From assembly GCA_964622665.1 (NCBI GenBank), contig CAZUUO010000001.1, forward strand, positions 6,666-70,665: a DNA stretch of 64,000 nt. Direction: 5' to 3'. The notes under the pieces are model-generated. The model had not been told where the DNA came from. It did no database searches and saw only the letters and a list, made by a program, of their open reading frames with translations. The position numbers and the translations under genes are program-made. This DNA comes from an uncultured Gammaproteobacteria bacterium. GTDB taxonomy: Bacteria; Patescibacteriota; Patescibacteriia; Magasanikbacterales; GCA-002688135. Of the stretch, positions 47,872 through 56,981 are shown one piece after another. Within the stretch, counting starts at the first letter, position 1. The number at the start of each line of letters is the position of its first letter.

Positions 47872-49932
47872 TTATTTTTTCTTTGTGGTGCGGACGCGTT
47901 GTTTTGCTTCCTTCCCTTGTTTACTGAGTTTCTTTTGCAACTCACGAATTTCATCACGTAAAATTGCAGCAACTTCAAATTGTAATTGTGATGACGCTTC
48001 TTTCATTTGTTTTTCTTTTATTTTAATACGCTCCTCAACAGTTTTATCTTGTTCTCCAACTTCTTCAAACGCAATTACATCCTTAATATTTCCCAATTTT
48101 CCCTGTGGATCCTCTGATAAACCAAACTCTTCACTGTAATCAACAATATTTTTAATAATAGTTTTTGGCGTAATTCCATGTTTCTCGTTGTACGCCAATT
48201 GTTTTTCGCGACGACGTTCTGTTTCATCCATCGCCCGTTTCATAGAACCCGTAATGGTGTCCGCATAGAGCACCACTTGCCCGTTTACATTACGAGCCGC
48301 ACGACCAATGGTTTGTATGAGTGATGTATCGGAGCGCAAAAAGCCTTCTTTGTCAGCATCAATAATGGCAACCAATGAAACTTCTGGTAAATCGAGACCC
48401 TCACGCAACAAGTTAACACCCACCAACACATCATAGGTTCCCCGTCGAAATTCGGTTAAAATTTTCAACCGATCAACAGTATCAACATCACTGTGTACAT
48501 ACACTGCTTTAATTTTGCGTTTACGTTTTTTACCTTCGGTATTAATATACTCCGTTAAATCTTCTGCCATTTTTTTGGTTAACGTGGTAACGAGTGCACG
48601 CTCTTCACGATCAACGACAATGTCGATGCGTGCAAATAAATCTTCAATTTGTCCTTTGCTACCATGCAAAATTAATTCAGGATCTACAAGACCCGTTGGA
48701 CGAACAATCATTTCAGCAATATGTGCCGATTGTGCGCGTTCATAATTCCCTGGCGTTGCTGAGACAAAAATTGTTTGCTTAATCAAATGTTCAAATTCAG
48801 CAAATCGTAAGGGGCGATTATCGATAGCACTGGGCAATCGAAATCCGTATTCAATTAATGTTTTTTTACGTGCTTTATCCCCTTCACTCATTCCGCCAAT
48901 TTGAGGAACCGAAACATGTGACTCATCAATAATGGTAATAAAGTCATCAGGGAAAAATGAAATTAACGTGTTGGGTGCTGCACCACTTTCCCGTCCATCA
49001 AAGTGTCGTGAATAATTTTCAATACCATGACACATCCCCAACTGTGCAATCATGGAAATATCGTTCTTCGTGCGTCGTTCTAATCGTTCAGCTTCGAGCA
49101 ACAATCCGTTCTTATTAAAGAAAGCAAGACGTTCCTTCAACTCTTTTTTAATTGATGCGATTGCAGTTTCACGAACTTCTGGCGGTGCCACGTAATGTCG
49201 TGCTGGGAAAATATAGAGCGTTTCTCGTTCTTCTATTGTTTTGCGTGTGATGGGATCTATAACTTCCAGTTCATGTACACGACCCCCTTCAACACTAAAC
49301 CGATAAATATGTGAGGCACTTTCTGCACCATGCACTTCAAACACATCGCCTCGTACGCGAAATTGTGCACGCAAGACATCGGCATTCGTCCGTTCAAATT
49401 GCGCTTCCACTAAAAATTTCATCACGTTGTCACGAGTCATTTCCATTCCTTCCACCAATTTCAACGCGCCACGTTCATATTCTTCGCTCGATCCCAAATT
49501 ATAAATACATGAAACTGACGCCACAATAATCGTATCGCGTCGGGTCAAAATTGCTTGGGTGGCACTGTGGCGTAATCGATCAATTTCATCATTAATCATC
49601 GCTTCTTTTTCAATGTAGGTGTCACTCCCCGGCATGTATGCCTCTGGTTGATAGTAGTCGTAATAGGAAACAAAATATTCCACGGCGTTATGTGGAAATA
49701 GCGTTCGCAACTCACTACATAATTGTGCGGCGAGAGTTTTATTATGCGCAATAACCAAAGTTGGTCGTTGAGTTTTTTCAATTACTTGCGCCATGACATA
49801 GGTTTTACCGGTTCCTGTTGCACCGAGCAATGTTTGAAATTGCATGCCCTTATTTACATTTTCAACCAATTCTTTGATCGCTTTCCCCTGATCTCCCGCA
49901 GGTTTATATTTTGATACGAGTTGGAATTTCAT
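47872..49932 (-). CDS. uvrB: excinuclease ABC subunit B
   Basis: Walker A 'GATGTGKTY', the beta-hairpin/'YYDYYQPEAY' signature, helicase motifs ('IIDESHV', 'VSATPG', 'TIGRAARN') and a C-terminal UVR domain ('AAILRDEIRELQKK'). Confidence 0.95.
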   Translation of the reverse strand: MKFQLVSKYKPAGDQGKAIKELVENVNKGMQFQTLLGATGTGKTYVMAQVIEKTQRPTLVIAHNKTLAAQLCSELRTLFPHNAVEYFVSYYDYYQPEAYMPGSDTYIEKEAMINDEIDRLRHSATQAILTRRDTIIVASVSCIYNLGSSEEYERGALKLVEGMEMTRDNVMKFLVEAQFERTNADVLRAQFRVRGDVFEVHGAESASHIYRFSVEGGRVHELEVIDPITRKTIEERETLYIFPARHYVAPPEVRETAIASIKKELKERLAFFNKNGLLLEAERLERRTKNDISMIAQLGMCHGIENYSRHFDGRESGAAPNTLISFFPDDFITIIDESHVSVPQIGGMSEGDKARKKTLIEYGFRLPSAIDNRPLRFAEFEHLIKQTIFVSATPGNYERAQSAHIAEMIVRPTGLVDPELILHGSKGQIEDLFARIDIVVDREERALVTTLTKKMAEDLTEYINTEGKKRKRKIKAVYVHSDVDTVDRLKILTEFRRGTYDVLVGVNLLREGLDLPEVSLVAIIDADKEGFLRSDTSLIQTIGRAARNVNGQVVLYADTITGSMKRAMDETERRREKQLAYNEKHGITPKTIIKNIVDYSEEFGLSEDPQGKLGNIKDVIAFEEVGEQDKTVEERIKIKEKQMKEASSQLQFEVAAILRDEIRELQKKLSKQGKEAKQRVRTTKKK

Positions 49933-50022
49933 ATAGAAATATCATACCCATTTTCCGGTTTTTTGTCATTATTTCCCACAATTAAAAAATCCCCAATTTC
50001 TTAGGGATACTTTTTATACCAC

Positions 50023-50667
50023 TTATATTCCAAAATCAAACGGCCGAGGTGATGGTTTTAAGTACCAATACATACCCGCGAATAAACCACCAAAAATAAA
50101 TCCAAATAATGCCCGTAGTGGAATGTTGGGACGCACTGGATATTGTGTTGAGAGAGCTGGGTCAACGATACGCACTGTTACTTTTCCCGGTACATAGTTG
50201 GGAACTTCTTGAATTGCCACATTTGCCACCATAGTCGCCAATTGTTCTGCATGTAACTTATCGACATCAAACGTAGAAATGGTTAGAATTCCCGTTCCTT
50301 TTAAAACGAGTGGATCAACTTGTGATTGCCACTTCGTGCGGCGCACATACTGGTCATCTGACGCCGCAACAACGTCATGCAACGCACTATCTTTTGCATC
50401 AGTAATCGCCGCGATAACTTTATCTTGAAATAAGGTGGTACGAATAACATTGGAAAGTGTTTGCCCAATTTGTTCAGCACTTTTTAACGCCGTATAGTCA
50501 TCATACAATACTCCGCTTGGTGAAACGGTCGGAGAAATAAACAACCGCACTTGTGCTCGATATTCTAGTGGAGACAACAATAAACTTACCACCACTGCCA
50601 ATACTGCGGTTAATAGAGAAACGGATAAAATAAATTTCCAATGTCGATGTATTGCAGGTTGTGCCAT
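50023..50667 (-). CDS. Wzz-like polysaccharide chain-length-determinant/co-polymerase-like membrane protein (short form)
   Basis: N-terminal TM then 'PLEYRAQVRLFISP'. The C-terminal 'VTVRIVDPALSTQYPVRPNIPL' is followed by a second TM ('ALFGFIFGGLFAGMYWYL'). Confidence 0.5.
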   Translation of the reverse strand: MAQPAIHRHWKFILSVSLLTAVLAVVVSLLLSPLEYRAQVRLFISPTVSPSGVLYDDYTALKSAEQIGQTLSNVIRTTLFQDKVIAAITDAKDSALHDVVAASDDQYVRRTKWQSQVDPLVLKGTGILTISTFDVDKLHAEQLATMVANVAIQEVPNYVPGKVTVRIVDPALSTQYPVRPNIPLRALFGFIFGGLFAGMYWYLKPSPRPFDFGI

Positions 50668-50673
50668 ATGTTA

Positions 50674-51699
50674 TTAATATACCACACTCGTTTTTTGACC
50701 ACCAAGCTCAATTTCTTTAACAACACCATTTACAGTAACTGAAATTTTCTTACCTTTCTTATATTGCAAAATAATCTCTGATAAACTGTAATTTCTTCCC
50801 ACACTCTTTCCTTCGATAGATGTGATTTTATCAAGTACTTTAATGCCAGCGAGATCTGCAGGACTTCCTTTTGCAACTTCACCAACCACCACTTCATTAT
50901 CAGATCCAAAGTCATACGCGGTAATCCCCAACCGTGAACGTTCTACACCACCTTCTTTTACTAACGGTTTGTACACTTCCATGATACGTGAAATGGGAGT
51001 GAATGTTGCAAAACCTTGTGGTGTTTTTGTTTCACCGATAATTCCCACACAGTCGCCATTTGCTGTAAACACAGGACCACCCACCAGTACATTTTCTTTA
51101 GCAATCGCAAGCGGAATAACACGATCATAACTATCACTCGTCATCGTGTGACCCGTATCCTTTATAAAGAATCGCGCCGTTGCTGCAGTTTCAACAATTC
51201 CTGTTTGTGGAACGTAGACAAACAATCGAATTCCTAACACTTCGGTAACATCTGCTGTTTTTGCAATTCCTCGTGATGTTTCTGGTGTTGCAATAATTGC
51301 AAGTCCCGAAACCATATCAACGAGTGATCGTGTTGCGACTCTTATTGTTTTATTTTCAGAAACTTCAATATTTTTACCTGCCAAACTTGCATCAGTAATT
51401 ACCAGTCCATCATTGCTAATACTGACACCACCACCTACTATTTTATGATTTTTCATGACATCGACCACTACTTGTTCCATCGTTTCATATGCAACTTTTT
51501 CAGGAGCTTTTTCAACAGTTACCATGGTGCGCAGTGGTGCAACTATCGTTGTTAATACGTCGGGCAACGCATAATACATAAGTATTGCGCCACCACAAAG
51601 ACCAGCAACCAACGAAAGTATCACAATGCGGAAAACGGGAAATACTGCTACTGTAGATAATTTTTCTTCGTCAGGAAGATGAGGAGGTGTTTTTTTCAT
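50674..51699 (-). CDS. HtrA/DegP-like trypsin-fold + PDZ protein, apparently lacking catalytic His and Ser (possible pseudo-protease)
   Basis: N-terminal TM, trypsin-like core and a C-terminal PDZ ('GEVAKGSPADLAGIKVLDKITSIEG'). 'NVLVGGPVF' replaces the 'GNSGGPL' Ser motif. No His is seen in the 'TNxHV'-equivalent segment ('GLVITDASL'). Confidence 0.55.
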   Translation of the reverse strand: MKKTPPHLPDEEKLSTVAVFPVFRIVILSLVAGLCGGAILMYYALPDVLTTIVAPLRTMVTVEKAPEKVAYETMEQVVVDVMKNHKIVGGGVSISNDGLVITDASLAGKNIEVSENKTIRVATRSLVDMVSGLAIIATPETSRGIAKTADVTEVLGIRLFVYVPQTGIVETAATARFFIKDTGHTMTSDSYDRVIPLAIAKENVLVGGPVFTANGDCVGIIGETKTPQGFATFTPISRIMEVYKPLVKEGGVERSRLGITAYDFGSDNEVVVGEVAKGSPADLAGIKVLDKITSIEGKSVGRNYSLSEIILQYKKGKKISVTVNGVVKEIELGGQKTSVVY

Positions 51700-51700
51700 A

Positions 51701-52447
51701 TTATGACCAGCGCGTTGTCGTTAATAACACTATAAGTAATAAAATTATGTACACTGCTTGTAGGCCTGCCTGTTTCATGTCAATTTCTTGCAATAATCGA
51801 TCTCGCTCTACTCCCAGCAGATACAGCACCGGTGCAAGTACCAGTAGAGATTTGGTCAGTGGTGCAAATGGTAGCATGTTCATGATCCACCAAAATGGTA
51901 AGGCAACAATAACTTGTACCAACACACTTGCCAACCGTAGTTCTTTTGGGATACGGAGCGCACTAATGTACCAATAGACTATTGCCGCATGAGTAATCGA
52001 GGCCGCAATAATCCACATGCCAATCGTTTGTATTGAAACAATTCCAATTAAAGCAAGAGGCATCCCAATCGCTAGCAATACCACCATAATACTGACCTGT
52101 AATAATTTGCGATATGCGGGTGGACGCGCTCGGAAATCTCCTTTTAATTGTAACGTGTAATAAAAAAATAGTGACAAGAGCAGTGAACTTACTACCGCAA
52201 TCTGTAACTGCATCCACCAGTATTCAAAGGTATATCCAATAAGAGGCATTGCAATAATGAGTAGCCAGATACCACCTAGTAATGGTTTCACGTTTTCACT
52301 TTCTTTTCCCATTGATTGTTTCCACCACCACGTACTGTATCCAAGCATTCCTATCACCAACAGTGGTAACGCATAATAATAGGAGGTCGCGTAGATCATC
52401 CCACAAGAATATGCCGTTACAATGAGTGGGGTGTACCACTGTTTCAT
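51701..52447 (-). CDS. hypothetical polytopic membrane protein (248 aa)
   Basis: Seven or more predicted TM helices. It lies 1 nt from the HtrA-like gene. Confidence 0.35.
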   Translation of the reverse strand: MKQWYTPLIVTAYSCGMIYATSYYYALPLLVIGMLGYSTWWWKQSMGKESENVKPLLGGIWLLIIAMPLIGYTFEYWWMQLQIAVVSSLLLSLFFYYTLQLKGDFRARPPAYRKLLQVSIMVVLLAIGMPLALIGIVSIQTIGMWIIAASITHAAIVYWYISALRIPKELRLASVLVQVIVALPFWWIMNMLPFAPLTKSLLVLAPVLYLLGVERDRLLQEIDMKQAGLQAVYIILLLIVLLTTTRWS

Positions 52448-52456
52448 ACATTTACA

Positions 52457-52852
52457 TTATTGAGCCATGTTTCGTGACACTACCTCGAGTGCATCAATCC
52501 ATTGGGCTTTTTCACTACTTTGCAACACGTGTAATAAAGTCTCAAGTGCCGTAACCCGAGAAAGCTGTTGTGCTACTTGTGCCGCATCGACGCGCATTGC
52601 AATCACTTTTTCTTGTAATTGTTTCACCATTGCTTGCGCACTTTGTTCATCACCACTTTGTATAGCGCGACTTAATGGTTCTTTTACTTGACCCCACAAT
52701 GCGCTTGTTGTTTGTGCATCTTCATTAAATGTTTGCACGCGCAATATTTCTCCACCCCCAGCAAAAGTTGGCATTTTTAAATATCCCGTAATAACAACCC
52801 CCAGTGCAATAATTGTCACCATTAAAATTCCCACTACCATTGAATGTTTCAT
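52457..52852 (-). CDS. hypothetical secreted/anchored protein (131 aa)
   Basis: N-terminal TM/signal segment then an A/Q-rich helical region. Confidence 0.3.
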   Translation of the reverse strand: MKHSMVVGILMVTIIALGVVITGYLKMPTFAGGGEILRVQTFNEDAQTTSALWGQVKEPLSRAIQSGDEQSAQAMVKQLQEKVIAMRVDAAQVAQQLSRVTALETLLHVLQSSEKAQWIDALEVVSRNMAQ

Positions 52853-52867
52853 AGTACCCCATTTAAA

Positions 52868-53890
52868 TTATGATTCATTTCTAAAATATTCTAAACAGAC
52901 GTATAACGCCGTTACTGCTGGAATCGCGATCAAACCTCCTACGATACCTCCTAATTTTACACCCATTACGATTGAAATGATAGAGGCAATTGGATTGATA
53001 CCCACAGCCTTCTGCATTACCTTTGGTACTAAAATGTGGTTTTCGATTTGTTGAATTACCACAAACAATCCTCCCACCATGATTGCCGGTATCACTGATT
53101 CAGGATGTTGTGCTAATGCAAGAAAAATAGCTGGTAATGCTGCAATCGTTGGGCCAATATACGGTACCGCCTCCAATAATGCCGCAAGTACGGCTAACAA
53201 CGCTGCATACGGAACTCCCAAAATTGTCAGACCAACATACACTAAAATACCAATAGACACCGAAAGAATCATTTGGCCACGTAACCATTTACCTAATTTA
53301 TCCTTTATAAGATGTACCAACTCAAGAATTTTTGTACGATATTTTGGTGGCGCAACAAATTCAAGAAAATTTTTCATCATACTGTCTTCAATCACCAAAT
53401 AAAAAGTGAGCACAAAAACAAAGATAATACTAAAGATACTGCGCAATGCTTCTCGCACAGTACTAAATAACTCTCCACTTGCTTGGCTTAATGTTTGTGT
53501 CAATGAAACACCTTCTCCCGATAACACCGGAAACGATCCTCCGCCAATTCGTATACCTTGCAAACGATGAGTTACTGACTCTAATAAATGTCCAAAACTT
53601 CCCGCGAATGCAGAACTTTGATCAATTAAAATAGGAACGAGTTGCGAAAGAATAAGACCTAACAATCCAAATAAAACACCAAAAATAAACAAGACCCCAA
53701 ACGCACGAGGAATTTTGTATTTTTCACACCACGTAGCAAAGGGATCAATGAGTGATGCTAAAATCACCGCTATAAAAAACGAAAACACTAGGTCACGTAA
53801 AAAATAGAGCACCCATACACCCGCAACAAATCCAACCACTTTAAAGAGTGTTTTTGTAGAAATAGTGATAACTTGTTCCTCATTCTTCAT
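52868..53890 (-). CDS. AI-2E family transporter (PerM/YhhT-like permease)
   Basis: 340 aa with about 8 TM helices and the typical layout ('FIAVILASLIDPF...', C-terminal 'LGGIVGGLIAIP'). Confidence 0.7.
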   Translation of the reverse strand: MKNEEQVITISTKTLFKVVGFVAGVWVLYFLRDLVFSFFIAVILASLIDPFATWCEKYKIPRAFGVLFIFGVLFGLLGLILSQLVPILIDQSSAFAGSFGHLLESVTHRLQGIRIGGGSFPVLSGEGVSLTQTLSQASGELFSTVREALRSIFSIIFVFVLTFYLVIEDSMMKNFLEFVAPPKYRTKILELVHLIKDKLGKWLRGQMILSVSIGILVYVGLTILGVPYAALLAVLAALLEAVPYIGPTIAALPAIFLALAQHPESVIPAIMVGGLFVVIQQIENHILVPKVMQKAVGINPIASIISIVMGVKLGGIVGGLIAIPAVTALYVCLEYFRNES

Positions 53891-53949
53891 ATAGAAAAGT
53901 ATACCATGAAGTTGTAATTTTTTTCAAAAAACAGTACGCTACCTATTGT

Positions 53950-54402
53950 ATGGTAACCATTATCGCCAGCAATAAACAAGCGATGTTTGATTACACCCTT
54001 CTCAAACGTTTTGAGGCAGGGATTGTTTTACATGGTCATGAAGTGAAATCAGTAAAAACGGGGCACGCCCAACTGAAAGGCGCATATGTCACTATTATGC
54101 ACGGTGAAGTGTTTCTGTTTAATGGTCACATTCCTGCGTATGCCCGTTCACGAGTGAGTGCAACGTATGACCCATACCGTAGCCGCAAGTTACTGCTTAA
54201 CAAAAAAGAAGTAATGGAACTTATTGGCAACAAAGCTATGCAAGGTATGTCAGTTGTTCCCCTCTCCATTTATCTGTCACACAATAAAATAAAAGTGGAA
54301 ATTGCACTGGCTCGCGGTAAAAAACAATTTGAAAAACGTGACTCCATTAAAAAACGAGAAACAGATCGAGAGATACGACGTGCGCTCAAAACATCGTTCT
54401 AA
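53950..54402 (+). CDS. smpB: SsrA-binding protein SmpB
   Basis: 'IASNKQAMFDYTLLKRFEAGIVLHGHEVKS' and 'NGHIPAY...KLLLNKKE' signatures with a basic C-terminal tail. Confidence 0.9.
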   Translation: MVTIIASNKQAMFDYTLLKRFEAGIVLHGHEVKSVKTGHAQLKGAYVTIMHGEVFLFNGHIPAYARSRVSATYDPYRSRKLLLNKKEVMELIGNKAMQGMSVVPLSIYLSHNKIKVEIALARGKKQFEKRDSIKKRETDREIRRALKTSF

Positions 54403-54442
54403 CATCCCCCAATCATTTCACATTTACGAGAACGTGAATGTG

Positions 54443-54839
54443 AAACCGTTGTGGGGATGAAGGGAATCGATTGGGTCGAATTCGTGCCATGCATGTCGCA
54501 GGTGCTCATACTTGCGTTATCACTATGAGCAAAAACAAATGTCAACGTTTCAAACGTACGCGCAGCACTTGCAAAAGTGTTCGCTATGACACCTGTAGCA
54601 GCTTAATTGCAGCTACCATCGTCTCTTTCTCGCCAAGGAGCAAGAGTAACGGTGTAATACAATCTTGGATTCTTACAAAGAACTCACGACACTTTGTAAT
54701 GAATACATGCGTCGTGTAGAATGTTTCGTATTTCGTAACTTGTTTTAAGCGAAACATCGACAACCTACAAGTTACTACACACGTAGAGTGGTAACGACAC
54801 TACGTCTCAAGACGCGGGTTCAACTCCCGCCATCTCCAA
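54443..54839 (+). ncRNA. ssrA: tmRNA (ssrA); predicted tag reading frame ...AAL AKV FAM TPV AA* ending at TAA about 54625-54627
   Basis: It lies immediately downstream of smpB. The 5' GGGGATG pairs with the 3' CATCTCC, including a G3:U70 Ala-identity pair. A tRNA-like T-arm 'GCGGGTTCAACTCCCGC' is present. The internal ORF ends in 'PVAA' then TAA. CCA is not encoded. Confidence 0.75.
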
Positions 54840-55103
54840 CAAAAAAAGTTTGCGCATTTGTGCAAGCTTTTTTTGTTTATGGGAGTTGAACAAGGAAGGC
54901 ACAGGAAACCTTGGTTTCTTGTCTGCAGAAGTATTGAAACCGATGGTTTCAAAGCACAGCGCGAAGCTGCGAGCAGTAAAACTCCGCCATCTCCAATAAA
55001 AAATCCTACTTTATCGGTAGTATTTTTTATTTTACATTGACAAAATCAACTTTTTTTCCTATTATGAAGTGTCATTGGACCCCAAACCCCAAACCAAAAG
55101 GAG

Positions 55104-56675
55104 GTGGCGGCAATGACAACTGTACCCCCCAAAATTCTTGGGAATTATAAAGTAATTAGTGAGCTCGGTGAAGGCGCGATGGCGAAAGTATATCTCGCCT
55201 CTCACACCAGAATCCCTGAACTTACGGTTGCTATAAAGGTCGTTGACAACAAACATCCTGAATCAGAAACATTACTGGGACGTTTTGAACGAGAGGCTCG
55301 ACTTCTTGCATCAGTGAAACATCACCACTTGGTGCGAATCTACGATTTTGGAAAAACCATCTCTGGTTCTTTCTATATTGCCATGGATTTCATCAAGGGA
55401 TATGACCTGCGAACACTTATTGATTCCTATATCACAAGTGGAACGCGGTTTGATCCCCTTTTGATAATCAAGATTGCTAAAGAAATTTGTGAGGCACTCG
55501 AGGTAATACATGATGCAGGTATTGTTCATCGCGATCTTAAGCCTGAAAATATTATGCTTGAAGAAACTCGACGCGATCCTCATTTTGTGCGCGTGTTGGA
55601 TTTTGGTATCGCAAAAATGCTTGATACTGAAGACAATCCCAAACGCTTTCAAACGGCAGTTGGCATGATTTGTGGGACACCACAATATTTGTCACCCGAA
55701 CAAGCCAAAGGTGAAACACTTGATGGTCGTAGTGATTTGTATGCACTCGGTTGTATTTTGTATGAAATGCTTTCATTGCAACTTCCGTTTACTGCTGACA
55801 ATCCTGTTGCATATTTAACCAAGCATATCACCGAACCACCGTTCCCCCTTGACTTTCGAGCACCTGATAGTAATCAAAAGCTGCGACTATTAGCACATCT
55901 CCTTCTTTCTAAGGATCCTGATGATCGTCCTTACGATGCTTTCGAAGTATATGATGCATTGTTGGATATCGAAGATGGGATTGCAAAACAACGTAGCCCT
56001 CGTCGCAATTCCAGAATCATGCGCATGTTCACTCCACCACCAACTCCCAATACTACGTCACTCGCTGGACTTGTTTCAGAAGTTTCGATGCCAGTTGGTG
56101 TTGCAGTTGATGATGACCACGAGTCAGCAGCCACTAACACCGAAGAGATTTTTTTTCCTGTATCACTGTGGCGTAGTTTTTTCACTAATCACTACGCAAA
56201 GTTGAGTGCTGCACTTGCGGTAATTATTCTGGCAACAGCAGCTCTTTTTTCTTCAAACAAGGAGCAACTCATTGATTTTGGAAACTATTTTTCTCCAATT
56301 GCTGAGTCTCAGGCTAAGGTGGTTCTGCGTCCCGTTACTCCCTATTCATTTGAAGAACAAGGTCTTACACGACCACGTCGTGCTCCTGCTCTTGCTCCAA
56401 GTGTTACTGCACCTTCCTACATTGGTGCAACTATGCGAGGTGAACAAGACACCGAAGACGCACTACCGCGTCGAACTATTGCAACAACCTTTATAGCACC
56501 AGTCGTTGCTGTTAGTAAACCGACGCGTTCACCCGCACAAAAGTTGGCAACAGCCAAAGTAGCGACAAAAAACGCAGCAACACGCACTCATGGTTGCGCA
56601 CAACTAAAAGGCCTGTTCTCTACTACGGTAGGCAGTGAAGCTCGATCGTTTTATAATGTGTACTGTTCTCAATAA
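55104..56675 (+). CDS. Hanks-type serine/threonine protein kinase with C-terminal TM and extracytoplasmic low-complexity domain
   Basis: ATP lysine 'VAIKVV', catalytic loop 'HRDLKPENIML', 'DFGIAK', 'GTPQYLSPE', and a TM at about aa 365-385. No PASTA repeats are evident. A candidate promoter (TTGACA, 17 nt, TATTAT) lies at about 55040-55068. Confidence 0.85.
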   Translation: MAAMTTVPPKILGNYKVISELGEGAMAKVYLASHTRIPELTVAIKVVDNKHPESETLLGRFEREARLLASVKHHHLVRIYDFGKTISGSFYIAMDFIKGYDLRTLIDSYITSGTRFDPLLIIKIAKEICEALEVIHDAGIVHRDLKPENIMLEETRRDPHFVRVLDFGIAKMLDTEDNPKRFQTAVGMICGTPQYLSPEQAKGETLDGRSDLYALGCILYEMLSLQLPFTADNPVAYLTKHITEPPFPLDFRAPDSNQKLRLLAHLLLSKDPDDRPYDAFEVYDALLDIEDGIAKQRSPRRNSRIMRMFTPPPTPNTTSLAGLVSEVSMPVGVAVDDDHESAATNTEEIFFPVSLWRSFFTNHYAKLSAALAVIILATAALFSSNKEQLIDFGNYFSPIAESQAKVVLRPVTPYSFEEQGLTRPRRAPALAPSVTAPSYIGATMRGEQDTEDALPRRTIATTFIAPVVAVSKPTRSPAQKLATAKVATKNAATRTHGCAQLKGLFSTTVGSEARSFYNVYCSQ

Positions 56676-56772
56676 GATATAGCTACTCCACGTGGGTAGC
56701 TTTTTTAATTCCTTGTAGAAAATTTATAAAATTTTTATACTATACGTAGTTCTTTCCGTTATGGAGGAATGT

Positions 56773-56952
56773 ATGGAAAAAAATATCAGCGATCCGCCCC
56801 TGCTGAAGGAAAAAGAATTTATCCCAGAAATCCCGACTGACTTTATCAATCACCAACAACTCCCCTTTGGTATTTCCCCCAACATCAATGAGCTAACTAC
56901 TAAGGAAAAGCCAAAACTTTCTCCAAAAATAGAGGTTCCCTCAAATAATTAA
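56773..56952 (+). CDS. small hypothetical protein (59 aa)
   Basis: GGAGG Shine-Dalgarno 6 nt upstream of the ATG at 56773. A bidirectional terminator (tcacccatcgggtga plus T-run) follows at about 56958-56985. Confidence 0.3.
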   Translation: MEKNISDPPLLKEKEFIPEIPTDFINHQQLPFGISPNINELTTKEKPKLSPKIEVPSNN

Positions 56953-56981
56953 CACGCTATCACCCATCGGGTGATTTTTTA

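Noticed and set aside
55311-55831. Minus-strand ORFs (60-124 aa) opposite the Ser/Thr kinase gene
   Set aside because: They are antisense shadows. The kinase frame carries all Hanks subdomains in order.
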